DNA from: an uncultured virus (IMG/VR IMGVR_UViG_3300028194_000749)
Lineage: Duplodnaviria > Heunggongvirae > Uroviricota > Caudoviricetes
DNA length: 64,000 nt
Strand: one strand, 5' to 3'
Virus record (IMG/VR): IMGVR_UViG_3300028194_000749
The notes beneath the pieces were generated by a model. The model saw only the letters and a program-made list of their open reading frames with translations, was not told the DNA's origin and made no database searches. Of the stretch, positions 19,787 to 29,126 are shown in pieces. Position 1 is the first letter of the stretch. Every line of letters begins with the position of its first letter. Position numbers and translations under genes: made by a program.

Positions 19787-21475
19787 ATGGAGAAAAATAA
19801 TAGATTTACAAAAACAATGCTTACGATTTTGACCGCAATTATGCTTGCTATGAGTGCAGGTATAGTTACCGCAGATGGTTCTGACCCTCTGGACCCTTCC
19901 GATGGTGGGGCAGATTGGGACGGTGATGGTTTAACCAACGCTGAAGAGAACGATGCAGGAACGAACATGAACAATGCCGATTCAGATGGTGATGGATTAC
20001 CTGATGGATGGGAGGTCAATCACGGACTTAACCCAACTAACGGTGGAGATGCAAATGCTGACCCCGATGGTGATGGTTTAACCAATGCACAAGAATATGC
20101 TAAGGGAACTAACCCAAACAACGCTGACACCGATGGTGACGGCAAACCAGATAATACAGATGCTTTCCCAAACGACCCTAATGACGGAGAATACTCCGAT
20201 TCAGACGGAGATGGAATACCAGATGCTTACGACCCAGATTACCAAGAATCCCAACCGGGTTCTGGTGATGGAGGAACAGAAGGCGGCGGCGAATCCGAAG
20301 ACCAAGGCCAAGGCCAAGGCGAAGGCCAAGGTCAGGGACAAGGGCAAGGGCAAGGACAAGGACAAGGACAGGGACAAGGCCAAGGCCAAGGTCAGGGTCA
20401 AGGTCAGGGTCAGGGTCAAGGACAGGGCCAAGGTCAAGGACAAGGACAGGGGCAAGGCCAAGGTCAAGGGCAAGGTCAAGGTCAAGGACAAGGACAGGGA
20501 CAAGGACAGGGGCAAGGCCAAGGACAACAGCAAGGCCAAGGTCAAGGACAACAAGGCCAACAATCAGGACAGCAAGGCCAGCAAGGACAGGCTGGGCAAC
20601 AAGGCCAGCAATCTGGACAACAAGGAAATCAAGGTCAGCAAGGTCAGCAAGGACAACAAGGCCAGCAACAAGATAACGGTCAAGGTCAGCAACAGCAAGG
20701 AGGCCAACAAGGAGGCCAACAATCCGAGCAACAAGCCGAAGAACAGAACGGACAAAACCAAAACGGCCAATCCCAACAACAACAGGGACAAACTCAAAAC
20801 GGGCAACAAGGCCAACAAGGGCAACAGTCTGATACACAACAAGGCCAACAGTTAGACAATCAAGAACAGAATGGTGAAAACGATAATGACGGTGACAGCA
20901 TTCCTGATGACCTCGATAACGATGATGATAACGATGGAATCCCCGATTCTATGGATGATTCACCATTAGACCACGACAACGATGGTATCAATGATGCCGA
21001 AGATGACGATGATGACGGTGATGGAATCAATGATGCTGAAGAAGTTAATGATGGCAACGATAACACCAACATTTACGACCACGACAACGATGGTATCTCC
21101 GACCGATTCGATTTAGATATTGATAATGACGGTATCGACAATTACAAAGACTTTTACACTAATGGCAGTGATGCCAGCCGAGACCACGACAACGATGGTT
21201 TGAATGATAGTGTAGACTCAGACGACGATAACGACGATATTCTGGATGTTGATGAAATTGGTGGTGCATGGTCTTCCTATCGCTACGACCACGACAACGA
21301 CAACATTTGGGATGCTTCCGATTTGGATGACGATAACGATGGTTTGAGTGATTGGTTCGAGTCTAACGATGGTAACGATAATACCGGTCAGTTCGACCAT
21401 GATAACGATGGTCTGGACGACCACCTCGATGATGACGATGATGACGATGGTATCCTCGACATCTTAGAATCCTAA
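19787..21475 (+). CDS. Secreted Ca-binding (DxDxDG / thrombospondin type 3-like repeat) protein with central (GQ)n and Q-rich spacer
   Basis: Signal peptide; DWDGDG, DSDGDGLPDGWE, many DHDNDG/DDDNDG repeats. Confidence 0.8.
   Translation: MEKNNRFTKTMLTILTAIMLAMSAGIVTADGSDPLDPSDGGADWDGDGLTNAEENDAGTNMNNADSDGDGLPDGWEVNHGLNPTNGGDANADPDGDGLTNAQEYAKGTNPNNADTDGDGKPDNTDAFPNDPNDGEYSDSDGDGIPDAYDPDYQESQPGSGDGGTEGGGESEDQGQGQGEGQGQGQGQGQGQGQGQGQGQGQGQGQGQGQGQGQGQGQGQGQGQGQGQGQGQGQGQGQGQGQGQGQGQQQGQGQGQQGQQSGQQGQQGQAGQQGQQSGQQGNQGQQGQQGQQGQQQDNGQGQQQQGGQQGGQQSEQQAEEQNGQNQNGQSQQQQGQTQNGQQGQQGQQSDTQQGQQLDNQEQNGENDNDGDSIPDDLDNDDDNDGIPDSMDDSPLDHDNDGINDAEDDDDDGDGINDAEEVNDGNDNTNIYDHDNDGISDRFDLDIDNDGIDNYKDFYTNGSDASRDHDNDGLNDSVDSDDDNDDILDVDEIGGAWSSYRYDHDNDNIWDASDLDDDNDGLSDWFESNDGNDNTGQFDHDNDGLDDHLDDDDDDDGILDILES
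20303..20527 (+). repeat. ~37 x Gly-Gln dipeptide coding repeat, followed by Q-rich tract to ~20850
   Basis: GGN-CAR hexamers with mixed synonymous codons. Confidence 0.95.
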
Positions 21476-21490
21476 GATTGGTGAGATTAA

Positions 21491-21592
21491 ATGTTTGGTC
21501 GTGATGGACGGTTTCGCACCCTCTTGAACCGAGTATTTGACCTTTTATTCTGGGTGGCATGGTGGCCGTTTATGATTCTTTTTGATGAATAA
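21491..21592 (+). CDS. 33-aa hydrophobic microprotein (not in ORF track)
   Basis: GGTGA SD; MFGRDGRFRTLLNRVFDLLFWVAWWPFMILFDE. Confidence 0.4.
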   Translation: MFGRDGRFRTLLNRVFDLLFWVAWWPFMILFDE

Positions 21593-21629
21593 CAGAAGGT
21601 TTAAGTAGGTCATTCGGTATAGTAGTCTT

Positions 21630-21866
21630 ATGACTCCGAATAGTATGACCCCGAACCAAATGCGTGCTCTTTGCACCCGTAGTGAACTTGAAACCTTTGT
21701 GCTTCGTAGACTTTCTACTTTGAACAAGCGTAGTGCTTCTTCATGGAATGCTCGCAACCAAAAAGCCAATCGTTCAGATGTTAGTTTGAAAGGTATGAAC
21801 AAAGAGTCTCTGGTCTACATGGCTGCCGCACTCAAGCAGTGTGAGCGTGTCGATAAAAACCTTTAA
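21630..21866 (+). CDS. Small basic hypothetical protein
   Basis: Promoter at 21600. Confidence 0.6.
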   Translation: MTPNSMTPNQMRALCTRSELETFVLRRLSTLNKRSASSWNARNQKANRSDVSLKGMNKESLVYMAAALKQCERVDKNL

Positions 21867-21891
21867 GTATCAGTGACTCGCATACTACTTC

Positions 21892-22098
21892 ATGCGTGAC
21901 CGAGAGGAGGTATATCAAATGTTATCTGATGCCATAGAGGTTCAAAGCACTTGGAGGTTTGCCTATGATGGTGCTAAGGCCGCCAAGAACAAACCAGACA
22001 TGATGATAGCAGCCCGTAATCACAAAGCCCTTGAGGGTGTTATTAAAACCCTTCGCTGGACATTAGAATATGCAGGTGTCGGAAGCCCATTACAGTGA
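21892..22098 (+). CDS. Small helical protein, paralog of next gene
   Basis: AARNHKALEGVIKTLRWTL; promoter at 21862. Confidence 0.7.
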   Translation: MRDREEVYQMLSDAIEVQSTWRFAYDGAKAAKNKPDMMIAARNHKALEGVIKTLRWTLEYAGVGSPLQ

Positions 22099-22108
22099 GT
22101 AGATTATT

Positions 22109-22357
22109 ATGCCAATGTCAGACCATCAAGATAGTGATAACTTTAGTTACGAGCGAGAGTGGACCGAGATTGAGCAGATGTTAGATGCTGCCGAAAGAGT
22201 AATGAATCAGTGGGTTAGTCGTTTCTATCAAGCCAGAGAATCCAATGATAAGCCCCTGATGCGTGAGGCTGCTCGTAATAAAAAAGCCCTTGAAGGAGTT
22301 ATTAAAACTCTACGCTGGACTCTTGGAGATAAAAATATCGACCATCCGTTAAACTAA
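22109..22357 (+). CDS. Small helical protein, paralog of previous gene
   Basis: AARNKKALEGVIKTLRWTL. Confidence 0.7.
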   Translation: MPMSDHQDSDNFSYEREWTEIEQMLDAAERVMNQWVSRFYQARESNDKPLMREAARNKKALEGVIKTLRWTLGDKNIDHPLN

Positions 22358-22401
22358 TCTTTCCGTAATCTTTAAGTATCAGAACGGTCCCATGTCATAA
22401 C

Positions 22402-23343
22402 ATGGACGCAAAGACAATCGCAGGTGCAGGACTAATTATTGGTGGTGGCCTTATGGGTTACAAATCAATGAAAGATTTGGCAGGGCTTGGATGTTATGGA
22501 CCAGCAGCATATTTGACTCTTGGACTCACAGCAATTGGCGGTGGACTATTCCTCTTTGGAAAACTACGCCGTGAAGAAGTTTCAGCCAAGAATGAACAAG
22601 TTAAAGAAGAAATCTCAGCAGTTTTGAGTTCTGAATACTTCCCACAACTTCCAGATGGTATGGATGCTGGTGCAGTTGTTGTTCCAGATTCCTACGGTGG
22701 CACATCTTCTTTGATGTCAGGCCGTGGTGTCCCACAATGGTATGGAAGCGCAGAAGGTCGTAAATACGGCAAGCGTGACCGCTACACCGACCGATGGGGT
22801 AATGCTCGTTACATGACCCGTCGTAAGGATGGTTCTATCGTTACTTCAGTCAATATCGCAGGTAAGAAGGGTGCAGTTGCTAACGACCGCCGTTCCAACG
22901 CTGTGAACTACGCTAAGTCTGGCTACCGTCAGATGGGTGATGCCAAGCCAGTTGGCCGTGTCGAGCGTGCTATGAAGAATATGTTCGGTGCTGATGGAGA
23001 ATACACAGTCCAAGAACAAGGACTTCCAGTTATCCCAGATTCCTACGGCACAAACTCAGCATTGAGTTCAGGCCAAGGTGTCCCACAATGGTATGGTTCC
23101 GCAGAAGGCAAGAAAGGCCGATACGGAAAGCGACAACGCTTCACTACTTCTAAGGGCAACAGCCGCTATGTCGCTCGCAACACCAAGGGAGAGTTCATCT
23201 CCAATGTAGCCGTCGCTGGTAAGCGTGGTTCAATCGCTCAAGACCTTCGTAAGACCGCTAAGTCATACAAGCCTGTTGGTTACCGCCAAATGGGTGATGG
23301 AAAGCGTGTTTCCCAGAAGGCTCGTCGCAGCAAGAACGAGTGA
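22402..23343 (+). CDS. Membrane-anchored protein with two tandem [PDSYG..VPQWYGSAE + basic domain] units
   Basis: Two N-term TMs; internal duplication of ~120 aa. Confidence 0.75.
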   Translation: MDAKTIAGAGLIIGGGLMGYKSMKDLAGLGCYGPAAYLTLGLTAIGGGLFLFGKLRREEVSAKNEQVKEEISAVLSSEYFPQLPDGMDAGAVVVPDSYGGTSSLMSGRGVPQWYGSAEGRKYGKRDRYTDRWGNARYMTRRKDGSIVTSVNIAGKKGAVANDRRSNAVNYAKSGYRQMGDAKPVGRVERAMKNMFGADGEYTVQEQGLPVIPDSYGTNSALSSGQGVPQWYGSAEGKKGRYGKRQRFTTSKGNSRYVARNTKGEFISNVAVAGKRGSIAQDLRKTAKSYKPVGYRQMGDGKRVSQKARRSKNE

Positions 23344-23376
23344 AGTCTTAAGTAGTAAAACAGCACATAGATAACT

Positions 23377-23733
23377 ATGGGTTGGCTAAAGGCTTTGGCA
23401 GAAGAAAGGCGAAAGAATGCCCTTCGTAAGCAAGCACAGGGTTCACGCACAGGTCTAACAGATTCTAAAGTGCGAGCAGACCCACTTCGTAATGTTAAAG
23501 TTCCAGACATACAGATTCGTGACTCAGCCAGAGTCAATCCCACATGGACCAAGGATATTAAGGAAACCTCCCTCCCCGCCACCCCTCCCTCCGATGAGAT
23601 AGCAATTCAAACGCAGCATAGGTATGCCCAGCCGAATCAAAGATTATTGACAAATGCTGAACAACAATTAGAAGACTTGCGACGACAATTGCGTAAATCT
23701 TATGGATTAGACCCCAATGGAGGGAAAATCTAA
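23377..23733 (+). CDS. Basic hypothetical protein
   Basis: Promoter at 23347. Confidence 0.6.
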   Translation: MGWLKALAEERRKNALRKQAQGSRTGLTDSKVRADPLRNVKVPDIQIRDSARVNPTWTKDIKETSLPATPPSDEIAIQTQHRYAQPNQRLLTNAEQQLEDLRRQLRKSYGLDPNGGKI

Positions 23734-24206
23734 TGAGTGTTCGTCGTCAAGGCTGGCAGTGGGGAATATCTGACCTCGGAAATCTACCTGCCAAGGTAAA
23801 AGATTTAGAGGCTTCACCGCAATCAGTTTTTTATTCTGGCATAGGTGATGCAACTTTGTTGAATCGCAATCGCACCAAAGCCGATGAGTTTATTGTTCTG
23901 CAATATGTCGGTAGCACACCCGGAGTTTATGGCAACGGAGAAAATTGGGTTCCGGGCGGTTATGTAAATATCCGTATTGGCACAACTTTTTATTATGAAA
24001 CTTTAGATGGTCGAGATGGCTTAGGTATGAGTGGAACTGCTGCTCCATTTCCTATCAGCACCAGAGCCTCTCCAGTTCTGAAGAATTGGATTCCGATTGA
24101 AATCCCGCCGGGAACTGATTGGGATGTTACCTATTATCTTTCTAATGCTTTGATTTCAATAACAGAAGATTTCCCCGAATTACCAGTTAGTTCGTGGACA
24201 GTATGA
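23733..24206 (+). CDS. Beta-rich hypothetical protein, possibly structural
   Basis: TAATG coupling to upstream gene; G/P/aromatic beta-strand pattern. Confidence 0.55.
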   Translation: MSVRRQGWQWGISDLGNLPAKVKDLEASPQSVFYSGIGDATLLNRNRTKADEFIVLQYVGSTPGVYGNGENWVPGGYVNIRIGTTFYYETLDGRDGLGMSGTAAPFPISTRASPVLKNWIPIEIPPGTDWDVTYYLSNALISITEDFPELPVSSWTV

Positions 24207-24216
24207 GGTGATTAGC

Positions 24217-27129
24217 ATGGGTGGATTAGCATATGATTTTGATACCACTTTTTTACCACAGTTAAGTCGTAATTGGGAGGATATTTTGTTTGATAGTGGA
24301 GCACGGTCTGATAATCAAGTTTTACAAGAGTTATGGCAAGGTATTTCACCATTTGACCCCGCTACTGGAACTCATGTCGGAGATATTATCATTCGTGGCT
24401 CCAGATTTGCTAATGATTGGTATTATATCTGGGGTTCATATCGTGCCTCATTCATAGACTTGCGTAATGATGGAAACAATGTGATAGCATGGGATGGGTT
24501 CGTTACCATGATTCCGGCTCATGCTTTGTTTTCTCGATTTCCAGAGAACTTTGTAGGCGGTCAAGAGAACTTTAACGACCCCAATGTTTTCAATGGCGGT
24601 AATGTTTTTTATTCCGTTCCTTGCAGACTACCCTATGCCTTAAATCCCGGGCCTATTGCCGATAACGCAGCCATAGCCGCCGATTCCGAAGTAGGAGTTC
24701 ACACCTTAGATTATGCTCTGGGAGTGGGTGTAACTGGAGCACAAGCACCCATCCCCGGTTTCCCCACAAGGGTTATTTCATTGGACCCCTCTACAAGTCC
24801 TTGTCTCAACTTTAATTGGATGGGGCATCAACGCACCGTGGCTGCCAATGGCACATTAGACATGGATTATGTCGCTTGTGGAGGCAACTATATTGTCGAA
24901 GTTATACTACCTATTTATGCAGGTCCAGAGAACCCGCTTGGGTCTACTCGTGAAAACTTGGCTATAACCAATTTAGAACGGTGGGGTTGGGGTCTTACCG
25001 AAGCCTTGTGTAAAAATGCTGGAGGACAACCAGCCCTTACTAACCCCCTAACCTTTCCAAGACCCGAAGGTATTAGTAAATTAGAAGAACGCACTGCGGC
25101 ATATTTACAACCGTTTGAAGCAATTGGAGGTGGTTTTACAGATGATATAGCAGATTGCTTACTTAGTGATTATGCCACACCTGCGGTGACAACATCAGGA
25201 TATTATGTTTCCAGAATCTATGATAGTTATTCTTATCAAGGCCAAAACTATGCTAACACCGGATTAACTTTGATTTGTGGTGAAGCCTCTCGTATCAATG
25301 CGGCAGGCACAGCCGTAGCAGGAACAGTGCCATTTGCAGGGGTATTTGCATCCACATTTTCAAGTTCACCAGAATTGGATTACCCGGGTTCTACCCCCAA
25401 AGACCGAGCCACACTAAAAATAGCCGTTCCACCTAACTTTGTTACCGATACCTCCATAGCAGCCTATGATTATGAGGGCGCATGGGCTAATGTGATTTCA
25501 CCTTCATTAAGTAGAGCCGAGGTGCAACAAGCCGAGTTCCTACCAGATTCAATACCTCCGGGTTTCCTAATCGGCATAAATAATTTAGACATAGGTGGAG
25601 TTAAAACTTGTGCTATCTTGGCTTCAGTTACCGACGATGTAATCTATGGTGGTGGTTATCCAACATTTACTGCTTTAGGTGCAGGAGTAGATAATTTTTT
25701 TGCTACTCCTTTAGCCATTAAGGGCAATCAATTTACTACTCAGACTGGTATAGCACTCCCCGAAGGCACTGGTGCTAAATGGACAGGTCGAGTTCAACAA
25801 CAAGCCACCTTTTCCCCAGAATATGAAAGAATTACTAAAAATCAAGGAATATATGAAAGTTTTATTTCTGGAAGATTAGCAGCCGATTCCCTCTTTGGAT
25901 GGATTAGTGACCCAGATTTGCTAAGAGATTTACAAGGAGATTCAACCATTAGTCCCAAAGACCGAGATGTATCTTCATTAGTAGGGTGTAATCCAACTTT
26001 TTCATCCGGTCCTAATTTTAATCCAGCGTTTTTATTAGGCACTGGTAATATCTACATCGGAGGTTTATCCAACAAACCGATTCCTACGCTAACAAATCCA
26101 TACAGTAATTTAGGTTATGGTTTGCTGGCTTATGTTCCCGGAGGTGAACCTTATGTATTTATGTATGACTATGGCACAGTTTCAATGCTTCAAAACAACG
26201 GTTTCCCACCGATAATTGCCCCCTTAGTGCCTACTTTTGATGTGCGGGCATCAGGTATTCAAGAAGGAGATAACATGAATGCTGCCTTCACCGTAGCACC
26301 CACCAGCACCACTCGCTATCCAGTATCGGCTTCTTGGGATAATGACCGAGACCAATGGACATTTACTTTTGCCGATGCTACTAATGGTTTTGGATTTATG
26401 TCTGTTAATTCAGCATTCAGCACCGCCGAGAGTCAAAATCAATTTAGTTTCTTAGACCAAACCGATAATTTTGCATTATCAGGACCCTATGCTGCTTTAG
26501 CCAACCCTCAAGCCTGTATTTATACTTCTCGCATGATGACTCCAATTTTAGATGGATTGGCGATTTTAGGGGCTTCTGAAGATGTAACATATAAAGGGCA
26601 AACCGCTATGAGAGCGTTTGAATATACTCCCGCCGGTGCCTTACAGCCAGTTAATGCTTTTGCGTGTTATACTATCAATGGAACTACTGGGCGAACTGCC
26701 AATGTTTGGGTAGATTACCTGCTATTTGATGGTGTAGATTCGTTAATTGCTACTGAATTGCAGACTATGGGATTAAGAGTCACTGTTGAAAATGTGGAAT
26801 GGTATAAGGCCAAGATTATTCGCAAAGGAGAACTTGGATTCACACCAGAAGAGGTAGAAGATTGGGTCCGTTCTCAACAAGAAGAATACAAGGCTACTCA
26901 AAGACTCAAACAACGCCAAGGCCGTAGTCGTCTACGAAAGCGTCAAGTTCAAGCGTGGCAAGAAGGCAATAGTGACATGGAAGATATTGTTTCAGGAGAT
27001 TTCACAGAAAAAGGTGGATTTGAAAGTTTGAAAGAGTTTGACGCTGCTGCTGCCGAATATGTTCCACCTCCAGAAGAATCATCACCTGATAGTTCCAGAA
27101 AAGAGAAAAATAAGTCTGGAAAACGGTAA
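24217..27129 (+). CDS. Large beta-rich protein with charged helical C-terminus, candidate virion spike/structural protein
   Basis: GAGGTGA SD before ATG 24217; ~970 aa rich in G/P/N/T/aromatics. Confidence 0.55.
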   Translation: MGGLAYDFDTTFLPQLSRNWEDILFDSGARSDNQVLQELWQGISPFDPATGTHVGDIIIRGSRFANDWYYIWGSYRASFIDLRNDGNNVIAWDGFVTMIPAHALFSRFPENFVGGQENFNDPNVFNGGNVFYSVPCRLPYALNPGPIADNAAIAADSEVGVHTLDYALGVGVTGAQAPIPGFPTRVISLDPSTSPCLNFNWMGHQRTVAANGTLDMDYVACGGNYIVEVILPIYAGPENPLGSTRENLAITNLERWGWGLTEALCKNAGGQPALTNPLTFPRPEGISKLEERTAAYLQPFEAIGGGFTDDIADCLLSDYATPAVTTSGYYVSRIYDSYSYQGQNYANTGLTLICGEASRINAAGTAVAGTVPFAGVFASTFSSSPELDYPGSTPKDRATLKIAVPPNFVTDTSIAAYDYEGAWANVISPSLSRAEVQQAEFLPDSIPPGFLIGINNLDIGGVKTCAILASVTDDVIYGGGYPTFTALGAGVDNFFATPLAIKGNQFTTQTGIALPEGTGAKWTGRVQQQATFSPEYERITKNQGIYESFISGRLAADSLFGWISDPDLLRDLQGDSTISPKDRDVSSLVGCNPTFSSGPNFNPAFLLGTGNIYIGGLSNKPIPTLTNPYSNLGYGLLAYVPGGEPYVFMYDYGTVSMLQNNGFPPIIAPLVPTFDVRASGIQEGDNMNAAFTVAPTSTTRYPVSASWDNDRDQWTFTFADATNGFGFMSVNSAFSTAESQNQFSFLDQTDNFALSGPYAALANPQACIYTSRMMTPILDGLAILGASEDVTYKGQTAMRAFEYTPAGALQPVNAFACYTINGTTGRTANVWVDYLLFDGVDSLIATELQTMGLRVTVENVEWYKAKIIRKGELGFTPEEVEDWVRSQQEEYKATQRLKQRQGRSRLRKRQVQAWQEGNSDMEDIVSGDFTEKGGFESLKEFDAAAAEYVPPPEESSPDSSRKEKNKSGKR

Positions 27130-27194
27130 CTGAGAGCCATTTTGGTAATCAAAAAGCCCTCAACTTTAAGTAGTCGTAAAACATATCATTATGT

Positions 27195-27614
27195 ATGAGC
27201 GAAGATTCCTTCGTAGGTGTCATGGATATTCCTGTTAATCCTGAAATCATGTCTTTGGCTACGATTTCAATACCCAGTGATATTTGTTTGGAAAGTATTT
27301 CTATACCGACTAATGCTATTTCATATATTACTGAAGTTGAGTTCACTTTCTTGTTAGATGGGGATGAAGTTTGGAGTGGCACAGGATTACCACATGGAGT
27401 TGAGTTCGGCATTCCAAATAATTTAGCATTTTCAGACCAACCACGAACCTTGTTAGTTTTGGCGCAACCCAGTGCTTTATTGGGTATGCCTTTAGGATTA
27501 CATACCTCGGAACTACCTATTGCACTCAAAGGTCGTCGAGGCTCTTGTGCTTACACCATAGATACCGAAGAAGATTACGAGTTTCCTTCATTTTTCATAG
27601 ATGCTTGGGTGTGA
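27195..27614 (+). CDS. Hypothetical protein
   Basis: Promoter at 27165. Confidence 0.55.
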   Translation: MSEDSFVGVMDIPVNPEIMSLATISIPSDICLESISIPTNAISYITEVEFTFLLDGDEVWSGTGLPHGVEFGIPNNLAFSDQPRTLLVLAQPSALLGMPLGLHTSELPIALKGRRGSCAYTIDTEEDYEFPSFFIDAWV

Positions 27615-27648
27615 AGTATTAAGTAGGAGAGACATCATATCTTTCCTT

Positions 27649-28815
27649 ATGGCTTACTTGCTTTTATTTACTGGAAAAGGTGGAGTCGGTAAATCAACGA
27701 TTTCCGCAGCCACCGCTTTGCACCATGCTCAACAAGGACTACGCACCCTATTGGTATCCTCTGACCCAGCACACAGCACCGATGATACTTTGGGCATCAA
27801 AGTAGGATTCCAACCCACACAAGTCGCTGAAGATTTACCATTGTGGGCGAAGAATCTGAATGCCGAGGAAATGGCCGGCGATTTCTTCGGGAAGATGGAA
27901 AGTTTGATGGAAAAGTCTTTTGGTTCATTACCCGGTTTTGATTCATCTATGCTTTCAGACTTGAGTAATTTTCCCGGTATGGATGAAGCCTTTGCTATGG
28001 AAGAAATTGAAAGATTGTGTGCTTCCGCAGATTACGATGTTATCGTTTTTGATACTGCACCCACAGGCCACACACTCAAAGCCTTGTCTGCACCAGATTA
28101 TCTTAATACCTTCTTGTTAAAAGTTTTGCGTATGAAAGCCAAAATTGAAAATCTTAAAGGATTTTTTATCAAGAAAGGAGATACTTCTAAACTTGTAGAC
28201 TTACTCGAAGATTTCATCAAGAGGATAGAAAGACTAAAAGTTTTGCTTCGTAATCCTGAATATGTTAGCATTAACTTGGTTTCCATCCCTACTGAAGCAG
28301 GTTTCGCCGAGTGTCTTAGAACCGTTAGATTTTTGGACAACATGAAGATTCCTGTGCAACATATAGTAGTTAATCAAATTATTCCCTCATTTACCCCTGA
28401 TGTGTGGGAGATTGCACCAAGTAACCCTGCGGTAGCACTCCTCAAAACGGAATATGATATTCAACAGCCCTATTTGGGTCGATTTAAGGAACTAACCTCC
28501 TCCCACCCTATTCGGTTGGTTGGAATGACAAGATTACCATTTGAACCCCGTTCCGCCCGCCTCGTAGATGTTGCACATACACTCTGGGGAGAGCGTGGTT
28601 TGAACTTCCCAATCACACCTTCTTTGGAAGTTCAAGAGGATTCATTAACACTCCATATTCCTTACATCAAGAATGCTAAATGGACTAAAGATAATTGGAC
28701 TTATCGTTTTGGAGATTCACTCCATCATATTCCATTGGAAAAACCTGATACTAAGATTACTCGTAAGACCGACAAGAAAACCAATTGTGTTATTTTAAGT
28801 TGGGCGAATGATTAA
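27649..28815 (+). CDS. Get3/ArsA-family (SIMIBI) ATPase, single domain with putative C-terminal alpha-crystallin-like domain
   Basis: GKGGVGKS, SDPAH, PGMDE, DTAPTGHT, VVNQI; start 31 nt after promoter at 27618. Confidence 0.9.
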   Translation: MAYLLLFTGKGGVGKSTISAATALHHAQQGLRTLLVSSDPAHSTDDTLGIKVGFQPTQVAEDLPLWAKNLNAEEMAGDFFGKMESLMEKSFGSLPGFDSSMLSDLSNFPGMDEAFAMEEIERLCASADYDVIVFDTAPTGHTLKALSAPDYLNTFLLKVLRMKAKIENLKGFFIKKGDTSKLVDLLEDFIKRIERLKVLLRNPEYVSINLVSIPTEAGFAECLRTVRFLDNMKIPVQHIVVNQIIPSFTPDVWEIAPSNPAVALLKTEYDIQQPYLGRFKELTSSHPIRLVGMTRLPFEPRSARLVDVAHTLWGERGLNFPITPSLEVQEDSLTLHIPYIKNAKWTKDNWTYRFGDSLHHIPLEKPDTKITRKTDKKTNCVILSWAND

Positions 28816-28852
28816 GTATCAAAACAAACAATAAACATAAGAGGTGTAAATC

Positions 28853-28945
28853 GTGGAATGTAAAATATGTATGCAAGCAGTAAGGTCAAGTCTGAATGAA
28901 GATGGTGTCTGTAAATCTTGTATAATTAACGAAAGGGAGGAATAA
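28853..28945 (+). CDS. 30-aa CxxC..CxxC Zn-finger microprotein (not in ORF track)
   Basis: Promoter 28811, GAGGTG SD, GTG start, MECKIC..VCKSC. Confidence 0.55.
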   Translation: MECKICMQAVRSSLNEDGVCKSCIINEREE

Positions 28946-28947
28946 CC

Positions 28948-29124
28948 TTGGATTGGGAATGGTTCTGGATAGTAATTCTGACTGTGATAGTTTGCTTCCA
29001 TGGAGTATTGGATATTTTCTTTGTTCGCTGGGTGCTTTGGCGCAACACACTACTTACGAATCTGGCTGTTAAGTCTGCTCTTGCTGAAAGCGAATCTTTA
29101 AGTAGCGAGACAGAGCAAGAATAG
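28948..29124 (+). CDS. 58-aa single-TM protein (not in ORF track)
   Basis: GGAGG SD, TTG start, MDWEWFWIVILTVIVCFHGVLDIFFVRWVLW. Confidence 0.5.
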   Translation: MDWEWFWIVILTVIVCFHGVLDIFFVRWVLWRNTLLTNLAVKSALAESESLSSETEQE

Positions 29125-29126
29125 TC

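Noticed and set aside
20085..20855. Long alternative-frame and antisense ORFs (KVKDKD.., LSLSL..) over the GQ repeat
   Set aside because: By-products of the stop-free hexamer repeat; no promoter or SD, and codon variation preserves only the GQ frame
27649..28815. Arsenic-resistance arsA
   Set aside because: Single domain and no arsB/acr3/arsC/arsD/arsR nearby
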